This document shows positions 28,601 through 37,395 of a stretch of 64,000 nucleotides of DNA, in pieces. The first letter of the stretch is position 1; each line of letters begins with the position of its first letter. Both the position numbers and the translations under genes were made by a program. The notes under the pieces are model-generated. The model ran no database searches, was not told the DNA's origin, and worked only from the letters and a program-made list of their open reading frames with translations. This stretch comes from an uncultured Verrucomicrobiae bacterium. Lineage in GTDB: Bacteria > Verrucomicrobiota > Verrucomicrobiia > Chthoniobacterales > UBA10450. Location: positions 108,056 through 172,055 of the forward strand of contig CAVSDR010000005.1 in NCBI GenBank assembly GCA_963726745.1, read 5' to 3'.

Positions 28601-28742
28601 CGACGCCGCGCAAACGAGAAATAATTCTGGTATTGCGACAACCATCTCGAACTTCCGCACCGATGTGAATGTCGACGGCACGATCAACGGCGGCGACGTA
28701 TTGATCGTCCGGCAGAAATCAGGCAACAGCATTATGCCTTGA
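25632..28742 (+). CDS. BNR/Asp-box repeat (sialidase/beta-propeller-like) secreted protein with C-terminal dockerin-like repeats
   Basis: 1036 aa. Asp-box-like motifs: LYRTLDGGATWTQL, LYKSVNGGATF, VWRSGDGGSNWVS, VYKTTNGGTGWTRY. The C-terminus has GDTTGNGVVDVGDAAQT and TDVNVDGTINGGDVLIV. Confidence 0.75.
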   Translation: MIPRFRPLLSLRLVAAGIVFTLSAGLASAVPWAPGEREGDEFHETPAEKFVENLPASDALLPAPQPKSVPAISRAVRKTNLVNLDWTAIGPFPIPNGQTIGRQDPVSGRATAIAIHPTNENIMYLGTAQGGLYRTLDGGATWTQLMDAATAGPVGTPLAIGAVTIDPTDPTTVIVGTGEGNLSADSYFGSGLYTVTGADGSNPVVNGPFNASAGETGVAAGTDLFTGRSIVAIAVDPTNHNNVFISTSSGVGGIRGTAYSVLPRRGLYRSTNLFSASPTWTRLQITGTTSTNTISTSLVMDPANANNLVVAYYSQAGTDPTGIYRTTNALDPVPTFTQSLALPNFINCKLAIQRATDGTVTVYATADQSSGTLYKSVNGGATFVNKPGANGFAGGQGFYDLSVGVDPNNANNVSVGGQAGQNTFKRSQDGANTFTVDTAGTSITVGLHADVHAIRYAPSNGNVIYHANDGGVWRSGDGGSNWVSKNTAGLSATQFSDLAIHPTDAKFSIGGTQDNGTEQLRADGTFTRVDFGDGGFSLIDQNATDTTNVVQYHTYYNQTANLIGTGRILTNACASEGQWSFHGIYGGAVDPTPYCDGSTDTFNGIALTDATNFYAPQVLGPGNPNTWYFGTDKLYRSINRADTATVASQLLDQTTAGTPPTGTPVSAIAISPQDDNVRLVGLNNGKIFATTIGSPTMLQIAGTGATNGPTNTPAVAVGRIAIDPNNKNVAYFAFGGYGTPAAPLSHVYKVTNLDALSATPPGVLVFTAVSSGLPDVPANALAIDPQSGSNSASSSDIYVGTDLGVYKTTNGGTGWTRYGTSMPRVAVFGLQIQNPNRLIRAATHGRGMYDASIIASSLQAPVLSSVVSRKTHGSAGTFDINMPLTGPAGIEPRKGAQGLNTPGDFTIVCRFTNAISSLQAQVTTGTGTVNSIVYQGNDVIVNLTGVTDVQVLTLTLSNVTDSNGNTLLSASVKLGFNMGDTTGNGVVDVGDAAQTRNNSGIATTISNFRTDVNVDGTINGGDVLIVRQKSGNSIMP

Positions 28743-28767
28743 TTTCGCCCAAATAAAGTCGAACCGG

Positions 28768-28803
28768 GTCGAGCCCGAAAAATATTATAAAATCGGGCTC
28801 GAC
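28768..28803 (+). terminator. strong hairpin between the BNR gene and the next gene (terminator or regulatory stem-loop)
   Basis: GTCGAGCCCGA-(14 nt A/T loop aaaaatattataaa)-TCGGGCTCGAC, a perfect 11-bp stem. No T-tract follows, so the terminator assignment is tentative. Confidence 0.4.
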
Positions 28804-28858
28804 ATCGGTTTAGCGAAATCCTAGAAAACTCGAAATCACTGCAACCCCGCACGCACCC

Positions 28859-29536
28859 ATGAAAAAAACTCTCCTTCTTTCCGCTCTCGCTTTCGCGAGC
28901 GTCTGTCTCACTGCCGTATCCAGCTTCGCGCAAACCGCGTCGTTCGTTTATACCGGAGTACCCAGCGGGCCTTTGGCTCCGGGATCGTCCTTCACCATCG
29001 GCATCAGTGTGGTCTTCGCCGCCGGCGGCACCGTGACGGACGTCAACGGCCTATCTTATTGGTTCGCCCAAACTAACCCAACGAGCAGCTATCCCTTCTC
29101 GATCACAAATCGCAATGTTGGCGCGAGTGCGTTCAATCAGCTCCAGACCCCTGGGTTGACTTATCCGCAGATCATCGATCCGATCAATCGCAACTCGAAT
29201 GGCACAACCAACCAAACGGATTTGGGCGCTCTCTCGCAGGACCCTCAGGGCACTCCTGGCAATCGTAATGGCACCTTCTTCGTCGGGAATTTGACCTTCC
29301 AAATCTCCGGCACCGCCGCTGCGACAACTTACACCCTTGGGAACACCAGCACCGGGACTCCTCCTGGGGTGGGTGGCCGCGTTTCCGTTGTGACCGACAG
29401 CAACGGCAACACTGCGCCGATCGCGTTCTCGCCTTTCAACGTCACGGTCGTGCCAGAGCCGAGCACCTACGCGCTGCTCGCGTTTGCCGGCCTCGGCCTG
29501 GTTGTGGTGGCCTATCGCCGCCGCGCGAACGCCTAA
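28859..29536 (+). CDS. PEP-CTERM sorting domain-containing protein
   Basis: 225 aa. Signal peptide MKKTLLLSALAFASVCLTAVSSFAQT. It ends VPEPSTYALLAFAGLGLVVVAYRRRANA. Confidence 0.8.
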   Translation: MKKTLLLSALAFASVCLTAVSSFAQTASFVYTGVPSGPLAPGSSFTIGISVVFAAGGTVTDVNGLSYWFAQTNPTSSYPFSITNRNVGASAFNQLQTPGLTYPQIIDPINRNSNGTTNQTDLGALSQDPQGTPGNRNGTFFVGNLTFQISGTAAATTYTLGNTSTGTPPGVGGRVSVVTDSNGNTAPIAFSPFNVTVVPEPSTYALLAFAGLGLVVVAYRRRANA

Positions 29537-29557
29537 GCGTTTAGCCAAGTTTCCAGC

Positions 29558-29588
29558 ACAGCCCCGGTAGTTCGTCTGCCGGGGCTGT
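29558..29588 (+). terminator. probable terminator hairpin
   Basis: ACAGCCCCGG-(11 nt)-CCGGGGCTGT followed by CTTGCG (weak T-tract), 22 nt after the stop at 29536. Confidence 0.5.
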
Positions 29589-29671
29589 CTTGCGTACCGG
29601 CCCGAGCAGCGGTTGACGGCTTCGCTTCGCGCAGCCATATTCCGCGCCCCTCATTCGAGGGGACTCGTCTC

Positions 29672-31486
29672 ATGGATAAAATAAGAAACATCGCCATTAT
29701 TGCACACGTCGACCACGGGAAGACCACCTTGGTTGATCAGTTGCTTCGTCAGTCCGGAACTTTCCGCTCCAACCAAAAAGTCGAGGAACGGATGATGGAT
29801 TCCATGGATCTCGAGCGCGAGAAGGGGATCACCATTCGCGCCAAGAACGCCGCCTTCGAGTGGAACGGCTACCGCGTGAACATCGTCGACACACCTGGCC
29901 ACGCCGACTTCGGCGGCGAAGTCGAGCGCATCATGAAGATGGTCGATGGCGTCCTTCTGGTGGTTGATGCGCATGATGGTCCTCAGGCGCAGACGCGTTT
30001 CGTCCTCCGGAAGGCGCTCGAAAACAAGGTCAAACCGATCGTGGTGATCAACAAGATCGACCGCGAGAATGCCCGTCCGCACAAAGTGCTGGATATGGTT
30101 TTCGATCTTTTCGTTGAGCTCAAGGCCAACGATGAGCAGCTCGATTTTCCGATCGTCTACGCGAGCGCGAAGAACGGCTTCGCCATGCGCGAAATTCACG
30201 AAAACAGCGAGGACATGACCGCGCTCTTCGAGACGATTATTCAGCACGTCCCTCCGCCCACGATTTCCTCCGAGCCTTACTTGCAGATGCTCGTCTCTAA
30301 TCTCGATTACAGCGATTATCTCGGCCGGATTGCCTTGGGCCGTATCGTCAGTGGCCGCGTGGCTGTAGGCGACTCGATCGTTTGCATTCACCGCGACGGC
30401 CGCCGCGAACGCGCCAGCGTGACCGCGCTTTTCACTTTCTCGGGCATGGGCCAGGTGGAAACGAAGAACGCCTCCGCCGGCGAGATCGTCGGGCTCACCG
30501 GATTCGAAGAAGTTTTCATCGGAGAGACCCTGACCGATCGCGAAGAGCGCACGCCGCTGCAGTTCGTCGACATCGATCCGCCGACCATCCGGATGCGCAT
30601 CCTGGTGAACGACTCGCCGTTCGCTGGCCGCGAAGGCAAATACGTCACTGCCCGCCACGTGCGCGAGCGCCTCATCCGCGAAACCCGCGGCAATGTCTCG
30701 CTGCAGGTGAATGACACTGAGGCGGCCGGCGCTTTTGAAATCAACGCCCGCGGCGAGATGCAGATCGCCATCCTGGTGGAACAAATGCGCCGCGAAGGCT
30801 ACGAGGTCATGGTCTCGCGGCCGGAAGTCATCTTCCAACGCGACGATCACGGCAACCTCCTCGAGCCCCTCGAGAATCTCTACGTCGAAGTCCCGAGCGA
30901 CAAATTAGGCGACGTTTTGCAGTCGTTAGCCGGCCGCAAGGCCGATGTGCAAAACATGGAGCACCACGCCACCCGCGTCTCTGTGGAAGCGATCATTCCC
31001 ACCCGCGGCCTTATCGGTTTCGAGAGCGATTTGGTGAACTTGACCCGCGGCGAAGGCTTGATGAGCCATCTCTTCCGCGAATACGCCCCGTTCAAGGGCG
31101 AGATCGAAGGCCGCAACCGTGGCGTGCTTATTTCCATGGAAGCCGGCGTTAGCACCGCGTACGCGCTCAACAATATTCAGACGCGCGGCAAGCTCTTCAT
31201 CGGGCCGCAGGAGGAGATCTACTCCGGCATGATCGTGGGCGAGAACGCCCGCCCGGATGATCTCCCGGTGAACCCCTGCAAGGCAAAGCATCTCACAAAC
31301 ATGCGCAGTCAGGGCGACGGCAAAGGCATTCAATTGGAAGCTCCGCTGAAGATGTCGCTTGAGCGCGCGATCGAGTACATCAGCTCCGACGAATACGTCG
31401 AGGTCACGCCGAAATCGCTCCGCCTGCGCAAGCGCCTCCTGGATGCCACTGCGCGCAAGCGCGCCAGCAACGCTGTCGCCGCGTAA
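29672..31486 (+). CDS. typA: translational GTPase TypA/BipA
   Basis: 604 aa. [25 protein letters not shown]..., [19 protein letters not shown]. Full-length colinearity with BipA. Confidence 0.95.
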   Translation: MDKIRNIAIIAHVDHGKTTLVDQLLRQSGTFRSNQKVEERMMDSMDLEREKGITIRAKNAAFEWNGYRVNIVDTPGHADFGGEVERIMKMVDGVLLVVDAHDGPQAQTRFVLRKALENKVKPIVVINKIDRENARPHKVLDMVFDLFVELKANDEQLDFPIVYASAKNGFAMREIHENSEDMTALFETIIQHVPPPTISSEPYLQMLVSNLDYSDYLGRIALGRIVSGRVAVGDSIVCIHRDGRRERASVTALFTFSGMGQVETKNASAGEIVGLTGFEEVFIGETLTDREERTPLQFVDIDPPTIRMRILVNDSPFAGREGKYVTARHVRERLIRETRGNVSLQVNDTEAAGAFEINARGEMQIAILVEQMRREGYEVMVSRPEVIFQRDDHGNLLEPLENLYVEVPSDKLGDVLQSLAGRKADVQNMEHHATRVSVEAIIPTRGLIGFESDLVNLTRGEGLMSHLFREYAPFKGEIEGRNRGVLISMEAGVSTAYALNNIQTRGKLFIGPQEEIYSGMIVGENARPDDLPVNPCKAKHLTNMRSQGDGKGIQLEAPLKMSLERAIEYISSDEYVEVTPKSLRLRKRLLDATARKRASNAVAA

Positions 31487-31752
31487 TTTAGCCAGCAACT
31501 TGGTTCGTTAGGCGTCACTTGTTGCCGCCGGGGCGCCGAGCGACCATGCGCAAACGGCACGACGCACTTAGCGTCGTGGCTCCAGCTGTTTGTCTCTCCC
31601 CCGCCAGCGGCGTTGACAGGCGCGGGCGCTTGCGTTTGAATTTTCCCGTTCGTCTGCCGCTGCGAGAGCCATTCTCTCCCGCAGTTTTCGCTTCCGATTC
31701 TCCCCCGGGTGCAAGCTGGCGCGACTGACACCGTTTAAACGACACGTTCGAC

Positions 31753-32508
31753 ATGGCAGGACACAGCAAGTGGTCCAAGGTAAAGCGCAGCAAAGGGGCC
31801 TTGGACGTGAAACGCGGCGCGCTCTTTAGCAAGCTGGCGAAGGAAATCTCCATCGCCGCGCGCATGGGCGGCGGCGATCCTGCCGCCAATGTCCGCCTCC
31901 GCAGCGCCATTCTCTCGGCCCGCGCGCAGAGTATGCCGAACGACAACATCGAGCGCGCGATCCGCCGTGGCACGGGCGAAGGCGAAGCCGCGGTGCACTA
32001 CGACGAATTGGTCTACGAAGGCTATGCGCCCGGCGGTGTGGCTGTGCTCGTGGAAGCGGCGACCGATAACAAGAACCGCACGGCCGCGGACCTGCGCCTC
32101 ATTTTTAGCAAAAATGAAGGCAACCTCGGCACCAGCGGCAGCGTTTCCTACATGTTCCACAAAAAAGGGCGCATCAGCGTGCCGCGAGCGGCCATTGCAG
32201 AGGAGCAGCTGTTCGAGCTGGCCCTGGAAGCCGGGGCGGAAGAGTTGACAACCGAAGAGGAGGCGTATGTTATCACCACTTCACCCGATCAGCTCTACGC
32301 TGTAGCTGAGGCGCTCCGACACGCGGGCGTCGCCATGGAAGGGCAGAAGTTTACTTTCATTCCCGATACGACAGTTCCTGTCGTCGACGAGGCCACCGCC
32401 CTCCAGGTATTGCGGTTGTGCGAAAGCCTCGAAGACGACGATGACGTTCAGAACGTCTATTCCAATTTAGATATTTCCGACGAGTTGCTGGCGCGGTTGC
32501 CGGCTTAA
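31753..32508 (+). CDS. YebC/PmpR family DNA-binding transcriptional regulator
   Basis: 251 aa. MAGHSKWSKVKRSKGALDVKRGALFSKLAKEISIAARMGGGDP is the family signature. Confidence 0.9.
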   Translation: MAGHSKWSKVKRSKGALDVKRGALFSKLAKEISIAARMGGGDPAANVRLRSAILSARAQSMPNDNIERAIRRGTGEGEAAVHYDELVYEGYAPGGVAVLVEAATDNKNRTAADLRLIFSKNEGNLGTSGSVSYMFHKKGRISVPRAAIAEEQLFELALEAGAEELTTEEEAYVITTSPDQLYAVAEALRHAGVAMEGQKFTFIPDTTVPVVDEATALQVLRLCESLEDDDDVQNVYSNLDISDELLARLPA

Positions 32509-32577
32509 GAATTTCAGGACGCTGAGTCCGGATTTGCCCGACGTGTGTCGCGCGCCCGCCCCTCGGCCTGTTTGCAT

Positions 32578-34094
32578 ATGAACGAAGAATCACAGAATCA
32601 GTCCGAGGGCGCGAACCAAGTCCGCGCCGGCCCGTCGCCGCCGGCCTTCCCGCCGCGGCGCGCGTCCCCGCCGTGTCGCTGGCAATGCCGAGCGTCCTTC
32701 CGAAAACGTCGATGAACGCCGCGCCGCCGAGATGACCGCCGACCGCACCCGCGAGCAGCGCGAGCAGCGCGAGGGCGGGAGCCACGATTCTTCCGAGCCC
32801 GCGAATCGCGAAGGCGAAGGGCAAAGCTCCGCGCCTCCGCAGGGCGACCGCGAATTCCGCGAGCGCGACCGTGGCGGCGAGCGAAGCGATCACGAGGACC
32901 GTGATCGTCCGCGGGACCGAGAGCGCGATCGCTCCGAGCAACCGCACGGCGGTGGCCAGGGGAACAACAACGGCCAGGACCTGCAGCGCGAGCCGGAGTT
33001 TGGCGAAGGCATCATCGAGATTTCCGGGAAAGGCTTTGGCTTCCTGCGCGACCCCAAGCGCAACTTCGTCCAGACGCCGCAGGACATTTTCGTCACACCG
33101 GAGATAGTGCGCCGTTTTAACCTGCGCGACGGCATGTGGGTCCAGGGTGAGACGCGCCGCGGCAATCGCGGGCCGCAGCTCATGCGCCTGAACAAGATCA
33201 ACGACGACGAGCCGACGAAGTATCAGGAACTTCGCCCGTTCGAGGAGCTGACCACGATCAATCCGAACAAGCGGATCAAGCTCGAGACCGTGCCCGACCG
33301 CTTCACTACGCGCATCATGGACTTGATGACGCCGCTCGGCATGGGCCAGCGCGGGATCATTGTCGCCCCGCCGCGCACCGGCAAGACCACCCTCCTGCAT
33401 CACATCGCCGATGCCGTGACCAAAAACCATCCGGAGATGAAATTGATCATCTTGCTGGTTGATGAACGTCCCGAGGAAGTGACCGATTTCCGCCGCTCGT
33501 GCCCAGGCGCCGAGATCATGGCCAGCTCGAACGACAGCGACATCAAAAGCCACACGCGCATCGCCCAGCTCGCGATCGAGCGCGCCAAGCGCATGGTCGA
33601 GGCCGGCAAACACGTCTTCATTCTGCTCGATTCCATCACCCGCACCGCGCGCGCGTTTAACAACGCCACCGGCGGCGGCGGTCGCACCATGAGCGGCGGC
33701 ATCGACGCCCGCGCGATGGAAATCCCGCGAAAGATTTTCGCCGCCGCCCGCAATACCGAAGAAGCGGGTTCACTCACGATTGTCGCGACTGCGCTTGATC
33801 GAAACCGGCAGCCGCATGGACGAGCTCATTTTCCAAGAGTTCAAAGGCACCGGGAACATGGAGCTGGTGCTCGATCGCAAGATCAGCGATCAGCGCATTT
33901 ACCCGGCAGTCGATATTTTCCTCTCCGGCACCCGTCGCGAAGAGCTGCTCCTGGAAGCCTGGGAGCTGGAGAAGATCAACCTGATTCGCCGCGGCCTCGC
34001 CGGTCACAAACCGGAGGAAGCAATCCAGCGCCTGCTCATGTTCGTGAAGAAATTCCCCACGAATACGCAGATGCTGAAAGAGATCCCGGGTTAA
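32578..34094 (+). pseudogene. rho: transcription termination factor Rho with Arg/Glu/Asp-rich N-terminal extension; 1-nt frameshift in the C-terminal domain (possibly a second near the start)
   Basis: ORF 32732.. reads ..GFGFLRD..VTPEIVRRFNLRDG..GQRGIIVAPPRTGKTTLL..LLVDERPEEV..GSLTIVATAL, then runs out of frame. ORF 33780..34094 continues ..[27 protein letters not shown]...KEIPG*. The start is uncertain: ATG 32732, or ATG 32578 in another frame. Confidence 0.85.
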
Positions 34095-34099
34095 CCACC

Positions 34100-34627
34100 G
34101 TGCCGCGAAGAACTGGCGCGGAGGAAGTGGAGTGGGAGATCCTGCCTCCGGAAGAAAAAGGCCAGCGCGCCCGGGTGGAGCCGCTCTTCCGCTGGATCGC
34201 GTTCTTCATGGATGACTTCCTGCGCCTGCCCGGCACGAAGTTTCGCTTCGGTCTCGATCCGCTGATCGGCCTGATTCCTGGAATTGGCGACACCGGCTCC
34301 GCGCTCGTAAGCGCGTTCGCCCTTATTCAAGCCGTGCGCACTGGCATCCCGAAGATCGTCCTCGCGCGCATGTCGATGAACATCCTGCTGAACGAAGTTA
34401 TTGGGATCGTCCCCGTTTTAGGCGACGCCTTCTCTTTCTGGTTCAAGTCGAACGCGCGCAACCATGCGCTCCTGCAACAACACCTGCAGGCCCCGCGAAA
34501 GGCGCAGGCGAGCGATTGGTTTTTCGTCTTCGGTATTCTCCTCGCGTTGGTGGTCGTTGTCGGCGCCGGCCTTTTCGTCAGCCTGTGGCTCATCCAACAA
34601 TTCCTGCGGCTCCTGACCGCTCGTTAG
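34100..34627 (+). CDS. DUF4112 domain-containing membrane protein
   Basis: The tail of ORF 32732..34627 after the rho stop. GTG 34100 (alternative GTG 34127). FMDDFLRLPGTKFRFGLDPLIGLIPGIGDTGSALVSAFAL...VLGDAFSFWFKSNARN is the DUF4112 signature. The TAG stop lies in a motif copy. Confidence 0.75.
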   Translation: MPRRTGAEEVEWEILPPEEKGQRARVEPLFRWIAFFMDDFLRLPGTKFRFGLDPLIGLIPGIGDTGSALVSAFALIQAVRTGIPKIVLARMSMNILLNEVIGIVPVLGDAFSFWFKSNARNHALLQQHLQAPRKAQASDWFFVFGILLALVVVVGAGLFVSLWLIQQFLRLLTAR

Positions 34628-34646
34628 CCGTCACCTCCGCGGCTCT

Positions 34647-37364
34647 TCAGCTGCTTCGCGCCAATTGCCGCACGTAAAAGGCGTGGATGATTTCACGGGC
34701 GGCGCGGTATTCCTGGCCGAAAGCGTCGAGGCTCTTCTTTCCCAGGCGTCGGGCCAGGCGGCCTTGGGCCTCCTCGTCGGGCGGAAGTGTGGCGACGCTT
34801 TTGTGTTCCCAGCGACGGAGAACCGACTCGCAACGGCGGAGGAAATCGTAGCTCCGCTGGAACATTTCCGCTTGATCGCGCGGGATCAGTTCGCCGTCGC
34901 GCAGACCGCGCACCGCCTCGGTGAAGCTGGGACTCCAGAGGCTGGCGCGCATCTGTAGCGCCTGGACGATGAACTCTGCTTCCACCATTCCGCCGAGCCC
35001 CGTCTTGTAGTCTAAAATTTCCGAGCCGCTGCCGCGATCGCGCCGCACGCGCTCGCGCATGGCCTCGATTTGCTCGAGCAAGTCGCTCCGCTGCCCGGTG
35101 GTGCGCCAGAGCTCCTTGGCCATGGCGATGAACTCCTCGCCGCGCGGCCCGCAGATCGCACGCGCGCGCGTGAGCGCCTGGATTTCCCACAGCTGCGCGC
35201 GCGTGCGGTAGTAGGTTTCGCAGGTGCCTAACGAGCACACGATCGGGCCTTTCTCGCCGTCCGGCCGGAGCCGGGCATCGAGCGCGTAGATCGAACCTTC
35301 CGCCGTCAGCTTGCCCATCTCGACGATTAATTCCTGCGTCGCCTTGGTATCGTTGCCGATGAAAAGGACGTCTAAATCCGCGCCGTAGCTCAGCTCCGCA
35401 CCGCCAAATTTACCCAGCGCGATCACCGTGAGGTCGCCTTCCCTAACGAGGAGTCGGTGCACGTAGCGCAGGCAGGCCTCGGCGAGCGCGGAGTGTTCCG
35501 CCTCGAGGTCGCGCACTTCGAGCAGACCGAGGATGTCGCGCACGGTGATGCGCAGCAATTGCGCCTGCCGGTAGATGCGCACGCCGTCCACGTTGCCGGC
35601 GGTTTCTAATGCGACCAGGTGGCGCGCGACGGTGCGGTTCGCATCGAGCACGCCAGGCCGGGTCACTTCCTCGAGCAGTTGCGGCCGGCGAATCAAAAGA
35701 TCGGTCGCGAAGCGGCTGGCATCGATCGTCTTCACCAGCAGCTCGAGCAGGCGCGGGTTGGCCACGAGCAACTCAAACAGCAAGCTGCGCATGCCATACG
35801 CCTGCACGAACCGGAGGAATTGCGTGAGCGTGGCGTCTGGATCAGCCGCCTGCTCGAGCCACGCAAGCAGGGGCGTGCGCAGCTTCCGAAAAATCTGCCG
35901 GGTGCGCGGCGCCACGTGAAAGCTCCCGCGGCCTTGAGTCAATTCCTCGAAGGCCTTGGTAGCCGCGGCCTGGTCGCGAAAAACCTCGAGCCGCAAGGCG
36001 CTCTCCTGGTCGCGCGGACGGTGCGCAATCACGCGCACGAAAATCTCGCGCACGCGTTGCGTGTGGACCTGCAAGGCCTGGCCGAAAGCCGCCGCGTTCT
36101 CGAACCCGAGACTGCGCGCCAGCCGCAAGCGGGCTTCGCCTTCCTCGGGGACGGTGTGGGTTTGCTGCTCGGCCTCGATCTGCAGGCGATGCTCGACCCG
36201 GCGGAGAAAACGGTAAGCCTGGTCGAGATCGTGCGCTTCGCCACGCGGGAGCAATTCCAGCTCCGCCAGGCCAGGCAGCACTTTGAGCGTGCTTGTTTCC
36301 TGGAGGAAAGCGTTGCGCGCGCCGTGCAGGAGTTGCAGCGCCTGGACGACGAACTCGATCTCGCGGATGCCGCCGGTGCCGAGCTTCACGTTTCGCCCGA
36401 GTTTGTCGTGCCCGACAATATCGCGCTCAATCCGGCGCTTGATCGCGGCGATCTCGTCGAGCAGCTCCGGCGTGGCGCTGCGTGGATAGACGAACGGCTG
36501 GTGCTCGCGCAGGAACTCGTAGGCTAATTCCTCGTCCCCGGCGATCCCGCGGGCCTTGATCAAGGCAAGGCGCTCCCAGGTTTCGCCAAAGCCGGCGTAG
36601 TAATTCTCCAGGCTCTCGAGCGAGCGGGCGAGCGGACCCGCGGAACCTTCCGGGCGCAGCCGCAGGTCCATGCGGAAGAGCGGACCGGCGGGCGAGTTGG
36701 CGGAGAAGGTCTCGAAAATCTTCGTGGCCAAACGCGAAAACCATTGGTGATAGCTGAGCGTGGGCGTGACCTGGCCTTCTTCGCTGTAGAGGAAAATGAC
36801 GTCGATGTCGGAGCTATGATTAAGCTCGCGTCCGCCGAGTTTGCCCAGGCCGAGGACGGCAAATTGCGCCTTGGGCGAGCCCAACCGCGCACGCAATTCC
36901 GTGTCCCAATGCCGCAGCACTTCGGCCACACAAATCTCCGCGAGCTGCGAAAGCTCGCCGGTGGTTTCCTCCAGCGGCGCCGCGCCCGCGACTTCGCGCA
37001 GGGAAATGCGGAGCATCTCGCGCCCTTTCCAGAGGCGGAGCTCGCGGAAGTTATCCGCACCTAACGACACTTCGCCGCGCGGGAGATCGGCGCGCATCAG
37101 CCGGCGCGGTCGGGGCGCGGCGCAAACTTCGCTCAACCAGAGGAGCCAGGCCGGCTGCCTAACGAGTCGATTGGCGCAAACGCTGGAAACGGCCAGGAGA
37201 TGGAGGAAAGCCTCGAGCCCGAGCGGGAAGTCCTCGAGCAACGGCTGGAGCGCGGGCGCGTCCGCGGGCCAGACTTCGTCGAGCCGGGTAAGGGCGCGCG
37301 CGACCTGGCCCGGCTGCAAAGTGCTGGCTGATTTTTCCCGAATCCAGACTGCGTCGAGGCCCAT
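34647..37364 (-). CDS. glnE: bifunctional glutamine synthetase adenylyltransferase/adenylyl-removing enzyme
   Basis: Two nucleotidyltransferase modules (LGLGKLGGRELNHSSDIDVIFLY; IALGKFGGAELSYGADLDVLFIG). I start at ATG 37364 (MGLDAVWIRE..) because the first 111 codons of ORF 34647..37697 overlap the rhomboid gene out of frame and look non-coding. Confidence 0.85.
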   Translation of the reverse strand: MGLDAVWIREKSASTLQPGQVARALTRLDEVWPADAPALQPLLEDFPLGLEAFLHLLAVSSVCANRLVRQPAWLLWLSEVCAAPRPRRLMRADLPRGEVSLGADNFRELRLWKGREMLRISLREVAGAAPLEETTGELSQLAEICVAEVLRHWDTELRARLGSPKAQFAVLGLGKLGGRELNHSSDIDVIFLYSEEGQVTPTLSYHQWFSRLATKIFETFSANSPAGPLFRMDLRLRPEGSAGPLARSLESLENYYAGFGETWERLALIKARGIAGDEELAYEFLREHQPFVYPRSATPELLDEIAAIKRRIERDIVGHDKLGRNVKLGTGGIREIEFVVQALQLLHGARNAFLQETSTLKVLPGLAELELLPRGEAHDLDQAYRFLRRVEHRLQIEAEQQTHTVPEEGEARLRLARSLGFENAAAFGQALQVHTQRVREIFVRVIAHRPRDQESALRLEVFRDQAAATKAFEELTQGRGSFHVAPRTRQIFRKLRTPLLAWLEQAADPDATLTQFLRFVQAYGMRSLLFELLVANPRLLELLVKTIDASRFATDLLIRRPQLLEEVTRPGVLDANRTVARHLVALETAGNVDGVRIYRQAQLLRITVRDILGLLEVRDLEAEHSALAEACLRYVHRLLVREGDLTVIALGKFGGAELSYGADLDVLFIGNDTKATQELIVEMGKLTAEGSIYALDARLRPDGEKGPIVCSLGTCETYYRTRAQLWEIQALTRARAICGPRGEEFIAMAKELWRTTGQRSDLLEQIEAMRERVRRDRGSGSEILDYKTGLGGMVEAEFIVQALQMRASLWSPSFTEAVRGLRDGELIPRDQAEMFQRSYDFLRRCESVLRRWEHKSVATLPPDEEAQGRLARRLGKKSLDAFGQEYRAAREIIHAFYVRQLARSS

Positions 37365-37395
37365 GCTGGCTAGATGGGCAGGGAGGCCGGCGGTT

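Noticed and set aside
21867-33613. Other long antisense ORFs (21867..23336 -, 23712..24878 -, 26478..27869 -, 29651..30850 -, 32357..33613 -)
   Set aside because: Each is opposite a confidently identified gene (S8-PA peptidase, BNR protein, typA, rho) and has a shadow-ORF composition.
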